Origin: Promethearchaeota archaeon | GTDB taxonomy: Archaea > Asgardarchaeota > Hermodarchaeia > Hermodarchaeales > Hermodarchaeaceae | Direction of reading: 5' to 3' | Length of the DNA: 64,000 nucleotides | Assembly (NCBI GenBank): GCA_048938385.1 | Contig: JBHLMG010000002.1 | Span: 64,001 to 128,000, forward strand | Part shown: piece after piece, positions 27,801 to 36,200 of the stretch | Position numbering within the stretch: the first letter of the stretch is position 1 | Layout: the number at the start of each line of letters is the position of its first letter | Notes under the pieces: generated by a model | Seen by the model: only the letters and a program-made list of their open reading frames with translations | What the model was told of the DNA's origin: nothing | Databases searched by the model: none | Position numbers and translations under genes: made by a program

Positions 27801-29559
27801 GCCTGGTGGAACTGATCCCGGCTTCTATGAAGGCTACCTAGAGGCAACCTACGGCACTGGCGCAACCCAAATGCCCATGAGCCTAAGTGTTAACTACAAC
27901 ATGACTGCTCCTGGCGCAGCAGGTACCTACACTTGGGGTGGCAGCACAGATACGCCCTACGACAACGGTGCAACCTACGGAAACATCCAATGGGGTTACC
28001 GACAACAGGTTGGCGACTGGCGCTTCTACTTCGTCGACTGTTATCCGACTGCAGAATATGTCAGCTATATCATGGTGAATGTCACCTGGAGCGATCCTGA
28101 CACCCGTCTGGATGTCATGTGCTGGCTCACCGGCTATGGGTACAACTGGATGGAGTCAGATAACATCTGGGAAGGTGGACGCTTCGTCGGCGACGAAACC
28201 TGGCCGCGACAGAACGTGTTACTCGTTGACGTCACACAATCATCGATCGGCTCCTGGATTACCCGGGGCGTCCTCGGCATTGCAATCCGCACTTCTGAGT
28301 TTGGTGGCTCCACCGGTGGTCCAGAAGACTTCTGGGTTACCGTCAGCTATGGTGTTGAGAACGGTCCATTTAGCTCAGTGATGTGGGATCTTCCTTACGT
28401 TCACCTGAACGCCACAGATCGAACCCGCACTTGGGCTGAAATCACTGAAAACAGCACCTGGTTTGGTCCACACGTAGAATTCAAGGCGAACTGGTCTCCA
28501 CTCGTTCTAGCAGAATTCCCGACCATTGAAATCCGTCAAACAACCATTGAGCTCTTGGCTGTGACTACAGATCATGACTATGGCACAATCGTTGGACCGG
28601 TGATTGGTGGTTGGAACCCCGACTTGAACCCGCGAGAAGACTACGCCTACTTCGATGTCCTCGGAGGCATGAGCGTCGAAATAACGACGGAGTTTGGCAC
28701 ATGGTCTGCTGGTGAAGACAGCACACTGATTCATGGTCCTGCCGATGACTGTGACATCTTCGTCTGGGCTCCAGGCGTGGCGCACACTTACGCCAACAGC
28801 CTGACTGGAGGACAGACCGCCACAGGCGCGAACCCAGAATTTGGTATCTTCACAGCTCCCATTTCTGGTGAGTACACGGTTGGTATCGACTACTATTCTG
28901 GTGTCGTCCCCATGGGTTGGACTAATGACATCTACGCCTTCTCAGCTGTTCCCTACACGGAGGACGGCGATATGTGCATCATGGACACTACCATGACAGG
29001 CACCAACGCTGCCTACGATGTGAGGGCTAGCTTTACTACAGGCACTTCGCTCGACTACGGTAGCACAGCCGGCTTTTCAGCCAGTCGGACCGTTCCGAAT
29101 GTCACATTCACGAACTTCTTCGCTCCCGAGATCACATCACTTGAACCCAACGGTGGTGAAGTTCTTGGTTACAACCCATTCCAGATCAACTGGACTGCGT
29201 TTGACGAGAACGCCGCCATTGGCGATGAAATCATCGGGTTCTCAGTGGAAGTCAGCAACGACTCTGGACTAACCTGGAAGATCATCACCTTCGGTACCAC
29301 CTTGAACAGCATCGTGTGGGATCCGTACAGCTCCTACTATGGACTGACCCCCACAAACCAAATGCTTGTCCGGGTGAATGCCACAGATGGTCGGTATGTA
29401 ACGAGCCGAACAAGTGCTGCAGTCTTCACGGTTGAAGCGAAGATCATACTGCCAACGCCTCCGTACGAACTCTATGTCGTTATTGGCGTCGCTGTGATAG
29501 TCATCGTGATCTTACTGATCACATGTCTTCTCAAGCGGCGTCAAACCTCAGCCAAGTAA
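24835..29559 (+). CDS. Membrane-anchored S8 subtilisin-like protease (pyrolysin-like), catalytically intact
   Basis: Signal peptide; IVDTG (Asp), DGHGTG (His), TGNTG (oxyanion Asn), GGTSLASP (Ser); DxDxDG-type loops; C-terminal TM plus KRR. True start is probably ATG 24916 or 24928. Confidence 0.92.
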   Translation: MRDKDTLKYKKPMPPSIPLTYCKVGQRMENNMKKALPFRKRQLASLMALSILVFSMFLGISAIPFSAARAPTTGAPMPDVLDQYFPRTESAKPESDLDETIHPNLEAYLKTGVVPDELRSIDSGVEMLITASFEVDFNSLSEHIRIINVYELSVGYLIQGVAFNPKAIYALSALPGVGRVLGNEYNRVLHDKPTDMVTDQFYAREIMGIVDVETEFPGYDGTGVTIGIVDTGVDFGVNDLVDAIDLDGFGQPTSYDPGGSGIAITSHALPSVGGYLLTEGLDFRMFRNDGSLWWSNSTYGIYAENMYVGGYGGIVSQSGIYKVGMSVQIGDALPRLFFVFLLVDSTTPFVYDTVYVDFDTSFAITADYNGVSGGAADWDFTNDAPHMFDNNPILTADLDGDGINDYSMGSLSNTFDLTEQISGDLISGIDPIGRGFAFMFDNDGHGTGCAVASAGRGVTPFEVYANGTEYYLPGAAPGATIMALKTFTILDDMSTWLWGCGYRPIYPDDYPYDAFSYWQNSSGPAADILSNSWGSSTWSVDARDHPWSYDWLSTTMDFLTYDADVLFCVSTGNTGPGYGTGGRPSSTMALMVGASTSSHIWQGFYSNYTQGYDTVADFSSNGPTPQGFSSPDVLAVGAYAFGVGPVQDGDGSDNWGTWGGTSLASPLAAAVAAIAKQGNMGLSASQLRAIVMNGADDLGYDIYRQGAGRVNAYRSLHMAFGNATDGTDNLIQMDTEYTFQTQYEPIRQTGWRAWYLHMYWGWDDGLNFWDYTSYYHPAASGVYDGAVFPQPMYPGDTQSFNISAYDPTGTDVTSVDAYTYALTGEASATLTSSSTYTTFNMTAEFSASFMTDFYAADYAVIHLTYPHSNLESVYGLSSQANYVFLHDWIEDTNGNGVVDFEGGGTAGEVRRISSDTAYGNSHTINLGFPGTHFWGDPTIYYHDVGVELFLWRTLDVNVTVRLFDRVPWAWVSTSKYGADPTTWDVTVNVPGGTDPGFYEGYLEATYGTGATQMPMSLSVNYNMTAPGAAGTYTWGGSTDTPYDNGATYGNIQWGYRQQVGDWRFYFVDCYPTAEYVSYIMVNVTWSDPDTRLDVMCWLTGYGYNWMESDNIWEGGRFVGDETWPRQNVLLVDVTQSSIGSWITRGVLGIAIRTSEFGGSTGGPEDFWVTVSYGVENGPFSSVMWDLPYVHLNATDRTRTWAEITENSTWFGPHVEFKANWSPLVLAEFPTIEIRQTTIELLAVTTDHDYGTIVGPVIGGWNPDLNPREDYAYFDVLGGMSVEITTEFGTWSAGEDSTLIHGPADDCDIFVWAPGVAHTYANSLTGGQTATGANPEFGIFTAPISGEYTVGIDYYSGVVPMGWTNDIYAFSAVPYTEDGDMCIMDTTMTGTNAAYDVRASFTTGTSLDYGSTAGFSASRTVPNVTFTNFFAPEITSLEPNGGEVLGYNPFQINWTAFDENAAIGDEIIGFSVEVSNDSGLTWKIITFGTTLNSIVWDPYSSYYGLTPTNQMLVRVNATDGRYVTSRTSAAVFTVEAKIILPTPPYELYVVIGVAVIVIVILLITCLLKRRQTSAK

Positions 29560-29564
29560 ACCAT

Positions 29565-29598
29565 AAAGGGGGTTACACCCCCTTTCCTCTCTTTTTTT
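29565..29598 (+). terminator. Hairpin plus pyrimidine/U tract after the S8 protease
   Basis: AAAGGGGGT-tac-ACCCCCTTT, then CCTCTCTTTTTTT. Confidence 0.7.
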
Positions 29599-29691
29599 CC
29601 GCTATCCAAAGTTCATACTTCGAGATTTTTACTTGTTATTCCCGGGTCGGAAGGCATAAAAACAGGTTGGAAAACTTCACCTTGAAGCGAA

Positions 29692-30237
29692 GTGGTGCTT
29701 GTGGCTGAACGAATACGACGCATTCTGCAAGGGCTCGCTACTCATGTCGTAACTGGGCTTCTGACCTTTTTAGCGATGTATGGAGTCGCTAACATCGGGC
29801 TGGTGTTCCCTGTTGGGATCTTCGAGTGGCTGCTGTTGTATTCATGGGTTCTTACACTTCTCGTCCTTCCGATACAAGCCGGCGTTCAGATTTGGAGTCT
29901 CCTCCAGCGGCAATCCACCCCTCTCCTACTCACCTACTATTTTCAGTATGATGCCACGCACAACCTTCCACACCGTTTCCTGGATCCCGTGCAGAGCCGG
30001 ATCGGTTTAGCGACGGTGCTAATTTTGTTAATCGGTGGACTTATCGCGTGGCCTATTTACGCCGTTTATGGGGCCTTTCTCCTTATTGCCCAGTATGGCC
30101 CCCTCTTGTTATCCCTCGAATTCATCATCCTGTTCATTCAGGGACTAGCAGTCGGAACCGCAGCTATTTTTGTCGCTTATTTCCTTCTTGCTTCCTTCGC
30201 CATTCTGATTTTACAATGGCGCCGTAGAGCACGATAA
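29692..30237 (+). CDS. Hypothetical multi-pass membrane protein
   Basis: Four to five hydrophobic segments; basic C-terminus. Confidence 0.6.
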   Translation: MVLVAERIRRILQGLATHVVTGLLTFLAMYGVANIGLVFPVGIFEWLLLYSWVLTLLVLPIQAGVQIWSLLQRQSTPLLLTYYFQYDATHNLPHRFLDPVQSRIGLATVLILLIGGLIAWPIYAVYGAFLLIAQYGPLLLSLEFIILFIQGLAVGTAAIFVAYFLLASFAILILQWRRRAR

Positions 30238-30274
30238 CGAAAAATTCATGATAGCTCAGGTTTCATTCCTGGGT

Positions 30275-31561
30275 TTACCCGATCTCCTTCTGCAGTAATT
30301 CCCCAAGTTTGCGAATCCCTGCGTCAAGGACCTCAGGCGTTGAGTAGGAGTAACTAATGCGCATAGTATTCAATGCGCGTTCAACCGGAATCAATTCGTT
30401 GTTTTCCGGAGTATAACTCATTCCCATCAGAGGATAAAAAGCGATGCCAGGCACATAGATGATATCGTTAGGTAGAGCAACCTGCTCTAAGAATTTCTTC
30501 GCATCAAACTTTTTGTTTTCGCTTTCCCACCAGATAAAGAAGCCACCGGTCGGATCAGTTCGACTGCCTGCGGGGAAGGTCTCGTCAATGGCCTTGCACA
30601 TAACATCTGCTCGTTCTTTATAGATCTCTAAAGCTTGAGGAAGTACTTCGTCAATGAATTGTGTATAGTAAATGTTCAACAAACGTTGGACGATAGTGGG
30701 ACTACATAGGTCAAGAAATCCTTTATCTTTATTGACCTCTTCAGCCACTTTGTTAGGAAAGACGCTGTATCCAATGCGAAGAACAGCTGCTTCTTTACTA
30801 CTGGTTCGTAAGTATGCTACGTATTTATTCTCAGTGTCGAGGGCTTTAATGGGCTTTTCTCGGGGTTGGCGAAACTGAATCTCGCGGTATGCCCCATCCT
30901 CTACGATGAGAATGTGATGTTTCTGGGCTAGTTCAAAGAGGGCTTCTCGGCGTTTTGCAGGAATTGTCGTGCCTTTGGGGTTATCAGAATCTGGGACAAC
31001 ATACAGCATCTCGGGTTTTTTCCCTAACTCCTTTTTACAGAGTCGAATGGCGGCATCAAAATACTCCGGAATTGCTCCTTGGAGATCTGTCGGTACAGTG
31101 ATGATTCGGGCTCCTAATTTTACAGCAGGCACCAAAAATCCGAGATATGCAGGGCTCGTCGTTAGGATGATATCACCTTGATCAATGCAAGTATCGATCA
31201 CTGCATACAAGGCTTGCTGTGAACCCGTGGTAATTATGATGTCATCTTCTGGTGTGTCTGGGTTCAGGGTAACACCGTCTTTCTCAATTAAACGCTTTGC
31301 GAGAGTTTTTCGAAGAAAAGCTTTACCACTGGTTGGTCCGTAATTAAAATCATCAATGACTCGCTCCTCATTCCCTGCCTGTATCTCTTCTAGTTGTTCG
31401 TTCCCTAAATCGATGAGCGACTGCGCTAATGTCCTAATGGGGAGAGCTCCAGGCTTACCTCCACCAAAATAAAACTTCACATTGTATTTGAGTAGTCGAC
31501 GAATTTCTGATTCTGGGATAAACTGTGTCCACGCAGCTAAATCATAGGGTTCCTTACTCAT
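30275..31561 (-). CDS. PLP-dependent class I/II aminotransferase (LysN/MocR-like)
   Basis: GGGKP, TGSQQAL, NPKG, EDGAY, TSSK (PLP lysine), LRIGY, MRISYS. Confidence 0.9.
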   Translation of the reverse strand: MSKEPYDLAAWTQFIPESEIRRLLKYNVKFYFGGGKPGALPIRTLAQSLIDLGNEQLEEIQAGNEERVIDDFNYGPTSGKAFLRKTLAKRLIEKDGVTLNPDTPEDDIIITTGSQQALYAVIDTCIDQGDIILTTSPAYLGFLVPAVKLGARIITVPTDLQGAIPEYFDAAIRLCKKELGKKPEMLYVVPDSDNPKGTTIPAKRREALFELAQKHHILIVEDGAYREIQFRQPREKPIKALDTENKYVAYLRTSSKEAAVLRIGYSVFPNKVAEEVNKDKGFLDLCSPTIVQRLLNIYYTQFIDEVLPQALEIYKERADVMCKAIDETFPAGSRTDPTGGFFIWWESENKKFDAKKFLEQVALPNDIIYVPGIAFYPLMGMSYTPENNELIPVERALNTMRISYSYSTPEVLDAGIRKLGELLQKEIG

Positions 31562-31646
31562 TACATTTCAACCTCTGGGTTGCTTGTACAGGATTTAACA
31601 TAGACTAGTTTTTTAGCTATTTCAAGAAATGGGTTGAAAAGCCAGC

Positions 31647-32171
31647 TTATTGTTCAAGCTTTTCAATGATTCCCATAGTGAGTGTGCGGAAGGCATCTTC
31701 AACCCCATCACCATTCAATGCACTGGTCTCTAAATAGTCACAGCCATACCGGTCAATCCAAGGTTGAATATCCGCTTCCTTGAGCGCTCGTTTTTTCTTC
31801 AGGTCGGCTTTGTTACCAATGAGGATAACTGTGACATCACCCGCGTGTTCTCGTATCTCTCGCATCCAATCCTCTACTGCTTCAAGTGTATCCGGGCGAG
31901 TCAAATCGAAAACCAACATTGCGCCGTCAGTTTGTTTGTAAAAGCTAGACCGGTAAGGTGCAAAGCGTTCTTGACTGGCTATATCCCAAATGATAAGTCG
32001 TGCAACTTTATCTTCCAACTCAATGATCTTGTACGCAAAATCCACACCGATTGACGCCTTGTATTCTCGTTCAAATCGGTTCTCTACGAATTTCAGGATG
32101 AGACTGGTTTTTCCCACAGCAGGGTTACCAACTAAAAGAACTTTGAACTCATAGTAAGGCTGTTTTGCCAT
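31647..32171 (-). CDS. Rab-like small GTPase with atypical G2/G3
   Basis: GNPAVGKT, SIGVDF, WDIASQERF, GNKAD, ETSA; no C-terminal Cys. Confidence 0.92.
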   Translation of the reverse strand: MAKQPYYEFKVLLVGNPAVGKTSLILKFVENRFEREYKASIGVDFAYKIIELEDKVARLIIWDIASQERFAPYRSSFYKQTDGAMLVFDLTRPDTLEAVEDWMREIREHAGDVTVILIGNKADLKKKRALKEADIQPWIDRYGCDYLETSALNGDGVEDAFRTLTMGIIEKLEQ

Positions 32172-32282
32172 TGTTCCACACCCAAAGCTACTTTATCCTT
32201 TATCTTTCCTAATAAATTAGTAGTAACCAATGAGTCTTTTTCTAAAGAACTTTCGAAGAACTATACTCAAACATTAGGCTTT

Positions 32283-33266
32283 TCAAAGACTGGCTTCCTT
32301 TTCACCTTGCTTCCAGCTTTTTGTCCGGAAAAAGTCATAAAAATTTGCCTCAACCACACTCAATTCCAGTGGAGCAATTCGTTGTTCATTTAATGCCTGA
32401 AGGAGTTCTGGAATTTGAGTATTAGGGTTTTCTACAAAGATTTTCAGGCTTCCGCGACCAGATCGGATCGTGTTTTTCACAAAGGTAACTTCCTCTACTT
32501 GGCGAATTGTGTCCGTGGTAAGCCGGTTAAAGGTAATCTCGATTGCCTCTCCTTTACCGGTGAGGGATTGCACGAGTTCGTCCGGATGTCCTTGGAGAGA
32601 AATCCGTCCTTTCTCCAGTAAAACGACTCGGCTGCAATATTCCACGACTTCCAGATCGTGAGAAATTAAGACCATGGAAGTTCCATAATGGTAATTCAAT
32701 TGTTTCAGGTAATTGAGGAGTTCATGGCGAAGATGGGCATCAAGTCCCGTTGTAGGTTCATCGAGTAGCAAGATGGGGGGCTGATGGATTAAACCTACAC
32801 AAATAGAAACGCGTTTGCGTTCGCCCCCACTGAGGAGCCTTGCAGGTTTATCCATTAAGGACTCACTAAATCCTAAAATACCTAAAAGCTCAATCGCCCG
32901 GCGTCGAATTTCTTTTGCGGGTATACCATACATGCGACCAAAGAAATGCGCGTTTTCTAGAGCAGAAAACGGATAATACAAGCTTTGGTCTTCATGCTGA
33001 GGAACATACCCCGTTGCGTAGTGGATTGCGTGCGCTTCCTTTTTCACATCAAATCCGGCGATTTGTACATTTCCTCGATAGGGCTTGAGTTGGGCGGTCA
33101 TCACCCGTAAACAGGTTGTTTTTCCAGAACCAGATGCTCCTATAATTCCAAGGATTTCTCGTTCTCGTGTGTAAAAACTAATGTCGTGAAGAATCTTGAC
33201 TCGTCCTATCTTAGCAGAGGCGTGGTTGAATTCAATTATTTTAGGCGATTTAGCTTCTGCAGTCAG
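32283..33266 (-). CDS. ABC-2-type ATP-binding protein (second ATPase); probable CTG start
   Basis: The track ORF starts at 33104, but Walker A GASGSGKT lies upstream in frame and the frame is open to the TGA at 33270. LSGGE, LLLDEPT and SH motifs present. Confidence 0.88.
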   Translation of the reverse strand: MTAEAKSPKIIEFNHASAKIGRVKILHDISFYTREREILGIIGASGSGKTTCLRVMTAQLKPYRGNVQIAGFDVKKEAHAIHYATGYVPQHEDQSLYYPFSALENAHFFGRMYGIPAKEIRRRAIELLGILGFSESLMDKPARLLSGGERKRVSICVGLIHQPPILLLDEPTTGLDAHLRHELLNYLKQLNYHYGTSMVLISHDLEVVEYCSRVVLLEKGRISLQGHPDELVQSLTGKGEAIEITFNRLTTDTIRQVEEVTFVKNTIRSGRGSLKIFVENPNTQIPELLQALNEQRIAPLELSVVEANFYDFFRTKSWKQGEKEASL

Positions 33267-33269
33267 CTT

Positions 33270-36200
33270 TCACACCCCTGTTTCTTTGGCAAGTTCACGG
33301 AGCCGTTTGAGCATTTCTTCTAGTCTTTCAGCAGGATCGCCTGATGTGATGCGGAGTTTTTCGAGGCGGTCAATCCGTCGGTCAGTAAGTACCCATTCTA
33401 TCTCACGGATAATTGCCTGAGTTGTATTCATGGTATTTTCAATGTCTTGAAGTAACTGTTCATCTAATGATGAGGTACGCATCCGTCGCTGCCGACGGTA
33501 TTGGTTGAGAAAATATCCTGCAATGATGAGCGTTAAGGCAATGGAGAAAAGGGCGATTTGGAGCATCATGATTGCAAAGAAGTTGGGTGTCGGGGGTGGG
33601 AGTGGTCTATCGGGTGCTGGGTCGTAGTAGAAGATCATGTAGGCTGTGCTGCTCGCGTAAATTCCTGGTAGCGTGAATACTGTAATAGTAAAGGTTTGGG
33701 TGGTGTTCACTTGAGTATCCAGTCCAGTCCAATTAGCAAATAGAAATGTACCATAGCGTCCTTCTTTGACTTCAAAGGCAATGAAAAAGAAGCGTGAACC
33801 GTTCGGAAAGGTGTAGATAATGAACATTTCAAGGTCTTCGACACCTTGTCCAGTTTGATTATAAGCATCGATTACGAAACCTGCATCTCTTCCAATGGTA
33901 AACCTAGAACCGTTTCCGCCAGTAGGGCGGATACTTATGCTCACGGTGTTACGGAACAGATGTCTGATCGTTTGGTTAGCAAATCGGAGGTTGTCAAGGG
34001 TATATATGTGGTCATTACCAAATATCCTAGAACATCCAAGGACAAAGAGTTCTTTACCCACATCTGTGTTATAAACGCCAACCGGAGTGCCATTAGCCCA
34101 GGCAAAGGGTTGAGCCGGTCCGATCTGTGGAATCGTTGTCCCCCCCGTAATCGAAATTACATTAACATTGACGGTGAATGGCATCGTGGGGTGCAATTCG
34201 GTGGTATTTTCACCAGAAATTCCCCCTCCTAATTGGATGCTATGATTGAAGAGTAACTGGTTCAATGTAGTGTGATTAGATGATGTGGAGTCATCTGCTA
34301 AGACAAGAACTTTGAATCCCGAATTAATGAACTCGGAGATGGCATTGGTTTCATTTTGCGTAAAGGCTTTCTCGGGATCACAAAGGATTAACCCGTCAAA
34401 GAGGGAGAGAATAGTGGAATTGATTTCTGTAACTAGGGGAATTTCTGCAAGGTTAAGTTGAATATCAGCAAAGAGCTGTCGCAACCGGGAATAACCGGTA
34501 AGGAGGCTGTCACCTATTTCTTCAAAGAGTACAAGTATTTCATCGAGGCTTAACTCTGAAAAATCGAGGTTATCAAGGCGGGTGAAATCTAATCCTTGGT
34601 TATGAACTGTGTCGAAGAGAACCACCGCCTTTGGATAGGTGATGTTGATAATAAAGGGTAAGGTGAGATGCCAGCCATCCGATGCACTGAGTACGAGATT
34701 TCCGTAATAGGGTCCTGCTTCAATGAAGGTGGGAATAAGGGTCAGGATTTGAAACTGTGTGCTCCCACTGATGTCATATATGTGCTGGGGGGTAAGAGTT
34801 GGTGGATTCTCCCACCGCGTCACATTTCGATCAAAGGCATAGTCCAAGGATGAATTGTAATACTCGGTGATTTCAACAAAGAGATGAGGAATAGGTGTAG
34901 ACGAAATTAAAGAGAAGTTGTAGATGGCATAGTCGTTGGGGAATTGGAGAGTCATAGGACTGAAGGGGAGAATGGAAGGAATCAGCATACGCATTCTAGG
35001 ATGGGTGCAAATGAAGGCGTCACGAAATACAAGGTTATCTAAGGGGTATAGGTCACTTGGAATGATGGGAATGAAGAGGTCAAAATCTATCATAGGAGAG
35101 ACGATCCATCCGACGAAGTAGATGTCAGTCACTTCGGGGTCCCATTCAACTTCGAGTGGTTGAAACTGGAAGGGTTCAAAGATCCCTATTTGGAAATACC
35201 TCGCAAATACTGCCCCGCCCTGAGGTTGTGATCGATTAGTAAAGAATGCAGCAATTGAATCCACTCCTACATCCCCAATATTCAACGCGATGATGCTGGT
35301 TGAATAAGCGCTGGTCGTAGTGCCTGTGCGCGGTAAATCCACACGAATCATACAGAGATCTGTCAACGGGACTACTACGGATTCATGGTTGGTGCCATTG
35401 ATTCCGTATGTGAGTGCAGTCATGTTTCTACCAAATCCTAGGGTCATCGATACATTCAACGCCTTCGCACCAGTGGATATGTTTCCAATCTGCCATTGAG
35501 TACCTAGTCCTATCCCTTCATCGCTCGAATAGGTCGTTGCGCCAGTCAAGGTTTCGTTTTGGACTCGTGCAGTTACTTCCTCATAAGGACCAACCTGAAA
35601 ATTGGAAAAGGGAGTGGTGCCATTCACTCCAACGAATTGGTCAACCCGTGAGGTCTCGTTAGGGGGTAAGGCATCACGGTGAATGTGGAAAAGCTGAGCT
35701 GTATCGTTGAAGAAAGCTTGTTGGACAGAAGTGTCATTCGCCCCAGAAAAGAGGTCGAAATTCCAGAGGCTGTATAAGCAAATATCCTTCACCTCTTCTG
35801 CTCCAATATTTACGAAGAAAAAGGAGAAGCGAAAAGCGTTCGCAGATGGACCATTATTTAACCGCCAACACTCGACTCGTGGGATTATCAACAAGTCATT
35901 GTATGATAGTATCCCGGTGGCACGAACATAATCTCCAAAGGGGAGCCCGGTCCAGTGAAACTCTTGTTCGATATCCAGAAAGGCCAACCCTGTGGGGCTA
36001 TTGTTTCCTACCGCAAGGGAAAACATTCCCATTAACATATGAAACATCGTGAGATTCGTTACCTGACTCGTCACTATACCTGCAATTGCAGTAGCGTACC
36101 CACTGAGCAATAGAGTTACATTTTCTTGAGTTCCCTCACTCATTACCAAACCATAATATGGTAATCCAGGACTTACGCTTCGTGCCCGAAAACCTGTGGG

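Noticed and set aside
2380-32210. GATAAA motif upstream of the GTPase genes and the giant protein
   Set aside because: Too short and AT-rich to distinguish from background promoter sequence.
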